A program made the translations under genes and the position numbers. A DNA stretch of 61,818 nucleotides, the filler included, from Sphacelaria rigidula (Eukaryota), in assembly GCA_964200075.2 (NCBI GenBank). It is 8 parts of 8 records of this genome, joined end to end, with 100 filler letters (N's around TTAATTAATTAA, not from the genome) between each part and the next. Parts side by side here need not be neighbours in the genome. Positions count along the whole stretch, not along the records: positions 7,741 to 15,380 come from CAXNAA020013976.1; positions 15,481 to 23,120 come from CAXNAA020013977.1; positions 23,221 to 30,860 come from CAXNAA020013978.1; 5 more parts are not named here. The stretch is one strand, 5' to 3'. Below, in pieces: positions 11,901-23,842 of the stretch (position 1 is the first letter of the stretch; every line of letters starts with the position of its first letter). Under the pieces are notes generated by a model that was not told the DNA's origin, made no database searches, and saw only the letters and a list, made by a program, of their open reading frames with translations.

Positions 11901-14728
11901 GGGACATTCGATGAAACACCACAAGGGGGAGAGATGGGATGATTCCTTGAAACCACGGACTCGTCCCGAGAAAGGGGAGGAGTTCAAAGTGCGACAAAAA
12001 AAAAACGTACCATCACGTAGAGACAAAATATTTCGCTGACGAGTGTGTCGAACCCCGCCTTTCGAGGCGCCGTGCTTTTCTGTTTGTGAGTGTATGATCT
12101 ATTCCTCCCATGTATCCCGGCAACTTGTGCCATGAATTTGTGGCCGCAGGTACTAGATTTCTGGGAAAAGGCTAATGCGAGAAATAACATTGACAACAAC
12201 AGCAAACACTTTTTCCTCCGACCCTACCCTACCAGAACCAGCAGACGCCACTGTCCCGTAAAGTTGTCACCGTGTTCGGCCGATACACACTGTTTAGGCG
12301 CTGGACACTCGGGACTTGGTACTCAAGACCCTACTCGCTCACCTCCAAATCATGGGGTTGGTGCGAGAAATGACGCCTTACTACGACACTGCGGACGTGG
12401 GTTTAACTGATGCGGGAAGATCGGTGTTGGCCACGCAGGACGACCGGGAAGGCCCCGATCCGGACGTGCCGAGAGAGTGAGGGCCCTTGAGTGCATCCAT
12501 TATTGTGATGACTGGTAGACAACTCGTGCTCGAATTTAGTGTGTTGTTGTTGCTGTTGTTGTAGACGTTTGATGGGTACAGCAATCTTCATGTATGTACC
12601 ATCATGGGCTTCTCGAGCACCCTACGGCACAGTTTGCCTCATCTGAACCCTGCTTCGTTTTTCGTTTCCCATACCCGCAGTACAATATCCCTTACCCCAG
12701 TACCCCTTACTCGGCAAAAAGAGATGGAATCATGGAATGGGGCAAGGGTTGTGCACCAGAGGACAGCTTTTTCGGCCACCGACAGAGTTGAACTAAGCGA
12801 ATGCCGATATACCGTCGATACGCCCTCAAAACGGCTATCTCGCAGCCAAGATTCTATGCACTGGGAGGGTGCAGTGCAGGCAAACAAACATAGCAAGGGC
12901 AGGTGGAGTAGAGTATACTCAATTGCGGGGTACTTTGAAAGGCGCACTTGAGGTACCGAAATTAGGGTAGAGCGTTCAATAGTCGTACCCAAAAACTAAC
13001 TGGGAAGCGATCCCTAAAACCCTGCCCCCAATTTGTGTGCTTCACGTACGACTTTCAAAATATCCCGCAATTGAGTATACTCTACTCCACCTGCCCTTGA
13101 AACATAGTTAAGCACTGGCACACCTTCTGGATAATGACTAAGTGTAAAAAGATCGTTCCGATATCGCCGGTAGAGATGGCTCAGCGCGGGAGGCACGGTC
13201 GTACGCGCGTCGTCGTCGCTGCAAGGCGCTGAAACTTCGGCCACATGCCATGTAAACCGCAATCAACAAGCCCATGTGTCTGTATCAAAGGTTGGGCGTT
13301 GCAACAGTGGTCGAGGGAATGAAAGGAGCTCAGATTCTGTTCTAAAAAAAAATGTTTTTTTTTTTTAATGTCGGCGCATGACTCTTTTTTGTTTCTTTTG
13401 TCTCACTTTGAATTCCTCCTCTTCCTCGGGACGAGTCCGTAGCCCAATGGTATGAAGGGATCATCCCATCCCTCCCCAGGCATACTCCGTCTCGAAAGGG
13501 ATGCGTGGTCAATGGTCAAACGACTAAGGCAAGCAACAAATGAGTACGCCCCCCCCCCCGGCACACGTGTTGCATTTTGGTCTCGCGGATTGGGTCATGA
13601 CTGTCACCAATCCCCCATCGCGTCTACTCACGTCAAACAAACTCAGTCGACCACTTTTTGTTTACTCACGTTCCCACGCTTTCGACGGTGGAAATCAGAC
13701 ATTGCGGAAAAAAAACTCGACGCATCGGGAATCGAACCCTCGTTCGCTCCACCCTAAAAGGCGACAGACGGGCCATTACACACACCACCCGGGCGGACTG
13801 ACCTGCCGTATTTTATTTTCATGTTTTCCTGTCCATCATTATTCGAGAACTCATCATTATGCCAAAACTTCATGTCTTGGATTCAGAAGCGTTTGGACAA
13901 TCGCTGCTGTGGCTCGATTTCCACGATAGGCCCTGTTATATTCTCGTCCTCACAAATAAAAATGCGCCTCGTTTGTCTGGTTGCTGTTTTCCACGTCGTT
14001 CTGTCATACTCCACTCCCTCGTTGATCGGTCGTGTATTGTACGCAGGTGGATGGAAGTGCTGCAAATGACGGAAACTTTACTCAAGCGGAAACGGTCGGG
14101 GGCGAAATGGGCCACCCTAAAAGTGTATGATGCCGCCAATGTGCTGGGTGTCCCTACCACTCAGGTGATCGCAATCAGAACCCATTTTCTCGCGAAAATA
14201 ACGCTGCAATAGATTCATCGTGGTAGTCACGTCGGCGTTTGGCCCTTCAATAGAGTGCCGTGGGTTACAGAAAAACAGCCGCGGAATAAAAGCTCATCAT
14301 ATTGGTCCCAGCCTTTTTCACCTGAGGCCGTGCTGAAGGGAACGGTCATTTTTAGGTTTGTTTTCTTCTTCTTTTATTATTTCTTATTTTTTATTTTCAT
14401 TATTTGTTTCTATTCATTTTTATTCATTTTTACTCATTTTTATTCATTTTTTACTCTTCAGTTTTTTACTTTGTATTTTGTTTTATTTCTAGTTCTTCTC
14501 CGTTCCCTTCCTTTGCATTTTGCTCAGTTCTAGCTTTGGTTCTGGTTGTGGTTCTGGTTGCTGTGGTCTTTGCTTCTCAGGTCACTCCTTTTGTTTGTTC
14601 TCTCCTTTCTTTTCTTTTTCCCCACTTTTCTTCCTCTTCAGTCAGCGTTCTCGTTTTGTTTACCTTGTCTAAATACATCCTATGGATAATAACCACGGCC
14701 GGGTCCCTAGGGGATGACCTAATGTGCG

Positions 14729-14759
<31 letters not shown>

Positions 14760-15239
14760 CATACCCCGGGTTGTCCTATACGCATCCGGAACAAGCAAAA
14801 CAAGAAAAGGGTACAAGGCTGAACGTTCCCGCTACTCAGGCGACGAAAACAACTTGAAACGCATTTTTTTCCCTCTCTTTTTCCTGCCACACTCTTAACC
14901 ACTCCCCTTCCTCGGCTCCATGGACTGGGATGCGAGCCATTTCTCACCGTTCAAAATACACCACAGAAATTGTATTCGTAGTAGACACATCGGTTCTACG
15001 GCTTCTCCATACAATGAGATGCGCGGGTGAACTCATGAGGGGGCATACCCTCGACCAATCATGATAGTCCGTGTCTCTTGTGCCTGCCAGTCGCAGCACT
15101 TGCAGTCGCTTGATTCGACGCACATCCCTTGACTTCTCTGCTTCGTACCTCCCCGCAGATCGCGAGCATACTCTCTAAGATGTCGGACCGGGGCCTGACA
15201 GTCCAGGGCAAGCAGGGGAAGATACGATCGAGGTTTCAG
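8999..15239 (+). CDS. RecQ-family ATP-dependent DNA helicase, partial (5 internal exons)
   Basis: AG/GT-bounded, phase-consistent exons 8999-9148, 11267-11455, 12298-12476, 14047-14164, 15159-15239. Spliced product contains motif V TIAFGMGLDKKNVRRVFH and motif VI PKSPEDLAQQ|VGRAGRDG, then YGGTPS...FSLYEISQ|ALDTRDLVLKTLLAHL. Branch-like CTAAC before 11267. Confidence 0.9.
9495..9800 (+). mobile_element. SINE family A, headless, ending in an expanded (CA)n tract; in RecQ intron
   Basis: Body homology; (CA)n at 9773-9800. Confidence 0.8.
12894..13099. mobile_element. 206-bp MITE, P- or hAT-type, in RecQ intron
   Basis: Perfect 36-bp TIR CAAGGGCAGGTGGAGTAGAGTATACTCAATTGCGGG (extends to ~48 bp with 2 mismatches); exact 8-bp TSD AAACATAG. 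Confidence 0.92.
13412..13796 (-). mobile_element. tRNA-derived SINE, family C, interrupted by a family B insert
   Basis: Minus-strand head TGTGTAATGG...GGTTCGATTCC; homologous to 55475-55754; tail-only copy on + strand at ~11920-11982. Confidence 0.75.
14728..14759. repeat. (AATC)n microsatellite at the tail of a short retroposon-like fragment
   Basis: Preceded by ACCACGGCCGGGTCCCT, also seen inverted at ~58962-58980. Confidence 0.7.
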
Positions 15240-15480
15240 GTGTGCTTTCCGCCCAAGCGGGTGCAAGATATGAGTTGGGCAGGGCAGGGCAGGGCAGGGC
15301 AGGGGAGGGGGGGGTGTACTCATGATCATGCATGCCATAGTCATCAGACCATTGACCTCGCATCCCTACAAAGCCGGGACNNNNNNNNNNNNNNNNNNNN
15401 NNNNNNNNNNNNNNNNNNNNNNNNTTAATTAATTAANNNNNNNNNNNNNNNNNNNNNNNNNNNNNNNNNNNNNNNNNNNN

Positions 15481-18400
15481 ACCTGCGTGGGTTCGCCCAA
15501 CCAATACTTTAAAATTACCTGCCGGCCGTACTGTTCAATGTCAGTTTCATGCTCCCACCTAGGAACATCCAAACCGCCCCAATACGTCAGGTATTGTACC
15601 GCCAGCTTACCACCCAAACCCCAAGACAACCTGTGTTTCACCAATTTATCCGGCAATATTCTGTGAGTATCCAACTCCATCGTGACGTCTTCCGCCGTGA
15701 AATGCAGAGGAGGCGACCGCTCAGAATATTTATTCATCACATATTGACTGAGCCCCCAGGGCGGGAATCTCGGTTTGTCCGGTCCCTTCTGGGGGTTGTA
15801 ACACCTCTTACACCTCGCCACTGACACCCTGGAATTCGTGTTGATCCCTGGCTCGTTTCGCCGAATCTCCAACAACAGTAGATTACTACCCACCTGTTCA
15901 CCCTTCGAGGTTACCCCCGCTCCAACCAATAAACTTTTGTACGGCCACGTCCAACACTGAGCCAGCTTCGCTGATAAAGCCAAGGACGTCCGGGCGGTAC
16001 CCGACGTCACCTGCATCGCCTTATCCCCCGAGGCGATGGTGCTTCTGTCGTCATACACAAATACCCACTGGCGCGCTTGCCATTTTGGCCGGCGGTTTGC
16101 CATTTCCTCAATACCCTGGTTCTTGGCTTCATGTTTTGCTTTGATCAGAAAATCTTCTTGCCTCCCCAACTCGTACGCCTTTACCTGCCGATCCCTCATC
16201 AGCTGAAGATAATCCAGCTGATCGGCCTTCAAACCCTGGTGCCCCCGCACCCCCCTACCCTCCAGAATGGTCATGGGCATGCGCGGGTAGCGTCTAATAT
16301 GTACCTCATTTGGAGACAACCCAGAACCCTACTGATGTTATTGTTGTGTGCTGAGATTGCATGCATTAGAGACTCATCCCAGTTGCTCTGATCGTCCACC
16401 ACCAAAAACGACAGCATTTGAGACAAGGTGTGATTCAACCGCTCCACCATCCCATTTGTCTGGGGATGATACGAGCTTGTGAACCGCTTTACCGCACCCA
16501 TCATCTCATACACCGACCTACACACCGCGGAAGTGAACTCCGCCCCCCGATCCGACAAGAAAGTGTGCGGGCAACCCCATCGTGGCACATAATCCCCCAC
16601 TATAATTGCCGCACACCCAGTAGCCGAGTGCTCTTCCGAGGTGATCGCGTAACCCTCCGCGTGCCTACTAAACAGGTCCACCATGAGGAAGATGTGTCTG
16701 TTACCCCTCTTTGTTTTCGGCAAAGGACCCAGGAAATCAAACGCTGCCATTTGCCCTGGCCGACTCGGTAGTGGTAACGAGACTAAAGGCCACCGCACCG
16801 TGTACCGATCAGATTTCTTGACCTGGCATGAATAACAGCGTCGAATCCAGAATTTCACACTTTCTTTCATCCCTATCCACCAACAGTATCGTTGCAGAAG
16901 CGAGAGAGTCACTTTTCCCCCCAGATGCACCGCTTCCTTGTGCGTTTGGTCCATTACCCAGGGCCTCAACAACAAAGGAACATAGGTTCTTACCGGTTCG
17001 TCTCCGAGGTATCGCTCAAGAATACCCGGGTTCCGATCCTCCGACCCCTCCGGCGCGACCCTCAGCTTTTTTACCAACAGTTTACCCCCGTCCGCCAACT
17101 CAAGCAACTCCCCTTGTTTCAACAACGCTCGGAGCTCTTTTTCGTCCATCCCGCTACCCACCGCTTTCCCCTCTCCCTTCGAGAGTGTGGTCTTTCCCTG
17201 CGAGAGATAGACAGCAGTCGTACGAGCGGTCAGATCAGTAAGTTGTGCCCAGTCACTTACGGACTTGGCACACAACCGCTCCCCAAAATTACACGCTTCC
17301 TCCGCCTCTAGAGTGAGCGCCGGCGTACCTGAATCGTCCTCTTCGGTCGACCCCGCCTCCTCATCTGAGATCACAAAAACTTCTGAGCCCGCCGTCTCGT
17401 GTAACAAATATTTACCCTCTTCAGTAACGGGGCAAGCATGCAAGCACAAGCCCGGTTCCCACTGTCCACACACCACATCGGTAACACTCGGGGAGAGAAG
17501 CCGTGAGTCATCCTTTACCACTTCCGGTCCCTTCCAGCCCAGTGTAGAACTTGATGACTTAAGTCTCTCCTGATTTCGATTCCATGTGGCATCCGCTATC
17601 TCTGACGACGTCAGTGGAGCAGCCGGATGTCCACTCCCCCCCCTCTGAAAAATACCCCGGGGAGCAAGCCCATCCAAGCTTGAAGCCCGGGGACCCGGCC
17701 CCACAGAGGGAAGCCCATCCAAGCTGGCAGCATGGGAGGATCCAAAATCCCGCGGCGCCACCCCGCTAGCCCCGATCAAGTAAACGTCTAAATCAGCAGG
17801 GTCAGAGATGCGAAAAGGACCACTTACATCTGCTTCGCTGTGAGCAAGAGGAAGGCGCGACAGCATGTCGGCGTTGGAGTTAGCCACCCCCGGCTTGTAG
17901 AAAATCTCATAGGTGTAAGCACTGAGAAAATCTTGCCAACGCTGGACCCTGGGCACCTTCTCCGCAAGACTGAACAAACTGCGCAACGGTTGATGATCCG
18001 TAAAAATTTGGAAAGGAATCCCGTAAAACAATGGGCGGTTTTTCTTCACAGCCCAAACAATCGCCCCCGCTTCCAATTCGGTGGCCGTCCAGTTACGCTC
18101 GTTAGGCAAAGTACTGCGGCTCAAAAAACATAGCGGCCGCACGTCACCTTCCGCATGACGTTGCTCCACCACCGCCCCCAGACCATCCTTGCTCGCGTCC
18201 GTGACCAACATGAAAGGACGACCTCCCGACACCGCTCCACCGTAATCCGGAAAAGATAAACAATTTGGACCGGTCAATTTCCCCAGAATTTCGCGCACCG
18301 TTTCCGGCGTGAGATAAAACTCAACCCCCTTCTTCAACAGCCCGTTAATGGATTCAGTGGCAGCCGCCATTTTTGGGATGAACTTGCGGTAGTAACTCAA

Positions 18401-21301
18401 CCCCCCCATAAGCGAACGCAACTCAGTCACGGAAGTAGGCATCGGCATGAGGCGAAGCGCATCTACCTTCGTAGAGTCAGGCGAAATTCCGTCCGCCGAG
18501 ATGCGATGACCAAGGAAAGTAACCTCCCCCGCCCCCACGTGAGCCTTCTTTGGCGCCAATTTAAGGTTGAATTTTGTGAGGCGTTCCAAGAAATCCGACA
18601 AATCACTCACATGTTCCGCCCCATTTGCACTGAACGTGCGAATATCATCGATGTACAAACGGCACAGCATCAAACCCTCACATACCCGAGCCATGATGGA
18701 TTGAAACCACTCCGGGCTCCCACCGCACCCCATTGGCACAACCAACCATTCATACAATCCCGATTGAGTACACACCGCGGTCAGTGGAATGGTGTCAGGG
18801 TGCAGGGAGATGTTAAAATAGCCCGACAGAATATCCAGGCAAGTGAAAACCTTGACACCTCCGAGCTCATCCAACAGCTCGTCGATAGTCGGGATGGGTA
18901 AGACCGGGATTACCGTGGCGTCATTAAGCTTCCGATAATTGCAAGTCAACCGAATACCTCCATCCTTTTTGTTCACAACCACCAACGGGGAGCTCCAACT
19001 GGAGTAAGAACGTCGCAGGAGCCCCGCCGCTAACAACCGGTCAATTTCAACCTGCACCTTCTGTTGCGTGGATGGATTGTGCCGGTACGGCCGTTGTTTG
19101 ATGGGTTTAGCCCCCGGCTTCAGCTCGATTTTGAACGGATCCACCGTACAGTACCCCAAGTCCATTTTATTCACCGAGAATCTGTGAGAGAATTTGCACA
19201 GCACATCCGCCAACTTATCAATATCCTCCACCTGCCAGAACCTGTCCTGTAAACCGAAAGTGATGCTATGTAAGTGAGGAGGGACACGACCCCACAATCG
19301 ACGGAACGCGGCACGTTTCTCCGTACATAGATCACCAAACATGGCCTCCGGCGGCTCCGGCAGTGCCGGATCGACTGCAAAAACGGCGGTCGAAGCCGGG
19401 TCCGGCAATCGAGAAATTGTCGCATCATTTAGCGAGCAAGGTACCAACGGTTGCCCTGCTCACCCCTTTATCCCTGGTAAGACCAACGCACACTCCACAT
19501 CTGTAAACCGCAACGGAATAATTGAATCCCCCGCCTCCACCACCGTTTCTGACGGGGACCACCCCGCCTCGAAATACACATAATAATTACCTTCCGGGGC
19601 AGCCCCCCCCTTTGTCGGACGCAGTGTGACGGGAACCCACGTCAACTCCTGCGTTACCGCCAACTCAGTTTCCCCTGAAAAAACCACGACAATCTCCTTA
19701 TCAGACATCGTCGACTGTTCAATCATGCCCACAGCGTTTTGGACCCGGCGATCAAACGGGGTGGGTCTAACAGCCATAGCGGGCCTTGCGAGCGACATGA
19801 TAGTTTTATCCTCACTAACATCACGATACGAGCGCACCGGGAACTGAGCCAACCCATCGCGACCCAGCAGCAAATCAAACGACATCGTACCCTCCGAGAC
19901 AATATGTGCGTAAATCGCGAAACATGCACTCGTGCCTGTTGTCCGACCTTTGCGTCAGCCATCCACGAAACGGATATTCAAACGCACCTGTGAGCATGTT
20001 CTCAGAGGCACCCCATTGAACCCGCCCCACGACACGGGAGTAATCTCCCGCATCGCGTTACCAGATCCCGCCCCGTACGCAACCATGGACAACCATACCT
20101 TCTCCAGGATAAATGTCGCCGGACTCCCACTGTCGAGCAAAGCCGAGCAATCCCACATGCGGGTCGCCTTAGGCCCGCCAAACACCCTCACCCCAGCCGT
20201 GTTCCGAGCGCGGTCGGTAGATACATATCCGCCGGAGACCTCAGCTACTTCCGGTAAGAACGTCCCTTGCCGCCCGCGCGGTACCTGACAGGGGATGGGA
20301 TCGGGGGTACGAGGTGGTGGATCTACACTATTCAAACGATTTCCCGACGGGTCTAGAACATAGATATGCTCTTCCACGCAAATCGGACTACCTTCGTCCG
20401 ACACTCCAGCCACAGATCGTGCAAGGTGAGCCGCCTCGGCTGTACCTGTGCAATGGGAGGGACTAAACGGTTTCACGTGGTTGGGTAAATCAACCACACT
20501 GCCAGGCATCGATCCCGCAGTGGTTCCCGCAGTGACCTCCTCCGAAAGTGTGTTAAGACTGGTTGGCCTTTCTACCGAAGTCCTCCGCAAGGATGGTCGG
20601 TCAAAGCTTGGGCCGCCCCCGGCCGGCACGGAGCCCGGGAGAGCAAACCCCCACTTGGTAGCACATGAAACCGCCCCCTTCTGAAGGTAACAGCGCCGAG
20701 AACAACTAGAGCCCCGAGCACCGTGACGCGACACGCTTCCCTCACCCAGGACGAATTCACCTGTTGGGCTCTCCAAATCATGCGACGGTACCGTCACACC
20801 AGGACCGTCCTTGTGCCTAGCATCTGTCGGACGTAAGCAACGCTCACCGCGACAGCAGGCCTGCACCAGTGGCCTTTGTGCCCGCGCACCCACACCACTG
20901 TGGGAAGAGAGACCATCCGGGGCGCTACTCCGGGACTGGTCCCCTCCCCGTCGGTCGATGTCCACCCCGCGAGACTGGCGCGCGGTGGACGTCGCACAAA
21001 GCGCCGGGGCTGCCTCCGTTTCGCAAGTATCCCTCAAACTTTTATCAGACCCCGCGGCTACCTTCAACACAGAACCCCCCCCCGCACCTTTACCGACACC
21101 CCCAGGCAGATTGTACCCTGCCTCCTTGCCATTGTCCACGCTGTGACGACGGGAGATGACAGAAATTTCGCCACATACGGCAGGCGCAGCCTGCTGCGGA
21201 ACCAATGACACAGCCGACCAACCTTGTTGAGCTCTCTGAGCATCATGTTGCACTGACCCTTGTACTACCGGTAAAGTGGCTAGAACTTTACCTTCGCGCC
21301 C
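15481..21301 (-). pseudogene. pol: Pol polyprotein (PR-RT-RH-INT-CHD), disrupted
   Basis: One reading frame from 21301 to ~16328 interrupted by TGA at 19955-19957 and 19460-19462; a 1-nt frameshift at ~16328 (a G run; restoring one G gives SRGSGLSPNEVH) joins ORF 15429..16319. Confidence 0.88.
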
Positions 21302-22993
21302 TCATTTCTTTTGAGGGTAATTGTCGATGAAGTAAGAGCGTAGGCAGCGCTGCCACCGCACCCATTTCTGGCGGACTTCCTCCGGCGTCCCCTCACCCAT
21401 CGAGTGGTGTATTAAACCCGATTTATGAATAAACTCCTTTGGACACTCACGGGCCAAAGTGTGGTCGGCGCTGCCGCAGTTGAGACAATACGGCCCAAAT
21501 GCTTCCCGCGCTTTGTTCTTCAGCTCGCGGGTGGGGAAAGGCTCATAGAACGGAGGATCCCGGTTTTTGCCGAACCTGTCCGAATTAGCCCGCCCTACCA
21601 TATACACATATTCCATCTCCCGATCCTCGCAGGGGAAATCGCGCATCTCCGTGATGCTCATCACGGTCCCGCCAAACGACCTACCCTGACCCGACTTCGG
21701 CGGATAACGGCTCCGCGCCGCCCCTCCTCCAGTACCCTGCACAAGTCGCGGCGCGTGCGCCCGCATCGTGTTGGATCGGAACTGGTCCAACTTGCCCATC
21801 AGCGACTCGAGGGAGTCGAACGGCGTCGCACAATCATCGCGCCCCGCAAACACGTGGCCACTAATCCCGGGGAGCTGATCCTGAATGGCCGTTTTAATTG
21901 CCGACTGCACGTACTGTTGATACGGGGCCATCTCAGCACCCAACCATTGAACCATCATCACCAAAATGCGGAGATTTCGCAAGTAGTCCGCAAAATCTGT
22001 TCCCTCGAACGCTCGGATATTAACCCACTCTCGTAAAACGGTATCCGGAGTGAGGCGGAGAAGGTCCGTAGTTATAACCTGCACCAAGTACGCCAGGGTA
22101 TCCGACCCCGATGCACCATCTGCCAGTAAACGAGTCCCAGTTGACATCAAATCCGCCATTCGCATAACAATACTCGGCACTTTTAGAACACCGGATTCCA
22201 CGCACCTCTTATGATCGCGCCTCGAAAGCCCGTCTTGTCCACAACCTGGCCGGCTACTCGCTGTCAGCGCGTGAAGCGCGCGCATGAACCCGCGCGTCGA
22301 CCGCACCTGTGGGCACTGTTCGCGGCAGAACACCATATGCGGCTCTGACAACCGCGCTAACGGCACCTCCCCCTCCGGAGGTTCGCCGCAGCCCCAAAAG
22401 GGATCCCTCGCCCCAGCCGCAGCCGGTACACCTACCCCGAAAGCATCGGCAGTATGCCGTGCCGAACGGTTCCACCGTCTCGCAGCGTCTGCGGGAATAG
22501 CCAAACACACTTCGCGCGGGGGGTTCAACGACACACTGTGAGGACTGTTGCCCCGCCGCGACCACCCATCACGGCCTCTCTCAACGCCGTCACACTCAGC
22601 ACCGTTGCTGTCATCACGGCGATGGGCATCTCCACCTTCACATACATCACACTGGAAGACCTCACTGGATACCGAGGTCGCACTCAACCTACGAACCGGC
22701 GGCAGTGCCACCGCCGCTTGACCGTTACTCCTCAACCAGGCGGAGCTAGATTCCCCATCAAACTGTGCCAAGATTTTGTGATGTAACTGTCGCTGTCGGT
22801 TGGCAATCGACTTGTCATTGAAATACCAACCGCAACCCCCACCACCGACTACCGGTAAGCCCTCATGCGGGGAGCCGGGGTCAACCTCACGTACCAAAAC
22901 CTCTATACCCTTTTCCGGGGGGTTGGGGGCCGAAACTGCCCTCCCCCCACCCGTACCAACCATAACCTTACCCCCTTGAACCTTACCAACCAT
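21302..22993 (-). CDS. gag: Gag of the Gypsy element
   Basis: 563-aa ORF just downstream of the PBS; zinc knuckle CLNCGSADHTLAREC (C-x2-C-x4-H-x5-C) near the C-terminus. Confidence 0.8.
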   Translation of the reverse strand: MVGKVQGGKVMVGTGGGRAVSAPNPPEKGIEVLVREVDPGSPHEGLPVVGGGGCGWYFNDKSIANRQRQLHHKILAQFDGESSSAWLRSNGQAAVALPPVRRLSATSVSSEVFQCDVCEGGDAHRRDDSNGAECDGVERGRDGWSRRGNSPHSVSLNPPREVCLAIPADAARRWNRSARHTADAFGVGVPAAAGARDPFWGCGEPPEGEVPLARLSEPHMVFCREQCPQVRSTRGFMRALHALTASSRPGCGQDGLSRRDHKRCVESGVLKVPSIVMRMADLMSTGTRLLADGASGSDTLAYLVQVITTDLLRLTPDTVLREWVNIRAFEGTDFADYLRNLRILVMMVQWLGAEMAPYQQYVQSAIKTAIQDQLPGISGHVFAGRDDCATPFDSLESLMGKLDQFRSNTMRAHAPRLVQGTGGGAARSRYPPKSGQGRSFGGTVMSITEMRDFPCEDREMEYVYMVGRANSDRFGKNRDPPFYEPFPTRELKNKAREAFGPYCLNCGSADHTLARECPKEFIHKSGLIHHSMGEGTPEEVRQKWVRWQRCLRSYFIDNYPQKK

Positions 22994-23032
22994 ACCCTCA
23001 CCTAGCGGGGTCGACCTCGACGCACCCGCGTT

Positions 23033-23050
23033 ATCCTACCGTCGACGCCA
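23033..23050 (-). promoter_or_regulatory. Primer-binding site, tRNA-Ser-like
   Basis: Minus strand TGGCGTCGACGGTAGGAT is complementary to a tRNA 3' end ATCCTACCGTCGACG-CCA (G discriminator, GTCGA acceptor stem typical of eukaryotic tRNA-Ser); lies ~40 nt upstream of the gag ATG. Confidence 0.75.
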
Positions 23051-23842
23051 CTCTAAGAAACCTGAATTTCACTTTGGAGACACGGAGGTTCCCACTTCTC
23101 GCGTGTAGATTCTTGTATCTNNNNNNNNNNNNNNNNNNNNNNNNNNNNNNNNNNNNNNNNNNNNTTAATTAATTAANNNNNNNNNNNNNNNNNNNNNNNN
23201 NNNNNNNNNNNNNNNNNNNNCACAGCGTTGCCAGATTCAGTCGCCTTGTGAACATGACCACATGTATAGCGGGGTACATTTATTCCCGAATTTCCCCCGA
23301 GCATTTCATGCTAGTGCTATCAACTAGGGTTTAGGACGGTGACCAAACAAAAAATCGGGGGATGGGAGGTCGGGCCTACATAAAATGCAAGTAAATGATG
23401 AAAAATTCGGGAATCCGAGACCCGAGAGTGTAGGCTTTCTTTGCTTCGAAGGCTTTTCTGTGGGCCAGGGACAGGGTGCACCAACTTTGCAGTGACATCA
23501 CTCCCGGCAACAGCCCCCTCCCCCACTGGTCGTTTTGATGTGGCCGATAAATTTCGCCTCGCCCTGATTGGACAGGTCGCTCCCAGACTTGTTGATTATT
23601 ATTTAACTAACACGTCGTGAACGTGGTGTTGGTGAGCTTCAGTCCCAAAAGGGTTGAGGTCTACTGCTTGCGGGGGAAAACGACGCGGAAATCTGTTACT
23701 GACGTGGCGATTTTACGAAGTTTGTCTAAGTGTTGATATCCATGCCGCTGTATCGCAGCCGATCTTGATCAGGTCAAGCATGTCTCCTGGAGAGTCCTCA
23801 TGCGTGCGGCGTTGCTGGACGTTAATGTGTGTGCTTGACCAG

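Larger units (their letters stand above)
15481..23120 (-). mobile_element. Ty3/Gypsy LTR retrotransposon with integrase chromodomain (fills the whole contig; LTRs truncated by contig ends)
   Basis: Order gag(CCHC)-PR(LLDSGS...DLLLGRD)-RT(LDILSGY, YIDD)-RNaseH(TDASKDG, ELEAGAI, TDHQPL)-INT(H-x4-H...CxxC, FDFLGP, SDRG, NGMVERLN)-chromodomain(QYLTYWGGLDVPRWEHETDI). Confidence 0.95.

Noticed and set aside
14255..14898. Hydrophobic F/L-rich ORFs resembling membrane proteins
   Set aside because: T-rich low-complexity intronic sequence within the RecQ gene
15320..15350. Hammerhead ribozyme core (CTGATGA on minus strand) in family B
   Set aside because: No GAAA partner and not conserved in other copies
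19460..21304. TGA reassignment or selenocysteine explaining three in-frame TGAs
   Set aside because: Host UBA1 terminates at TGA; the element also has a frameshift, so decay is simpler
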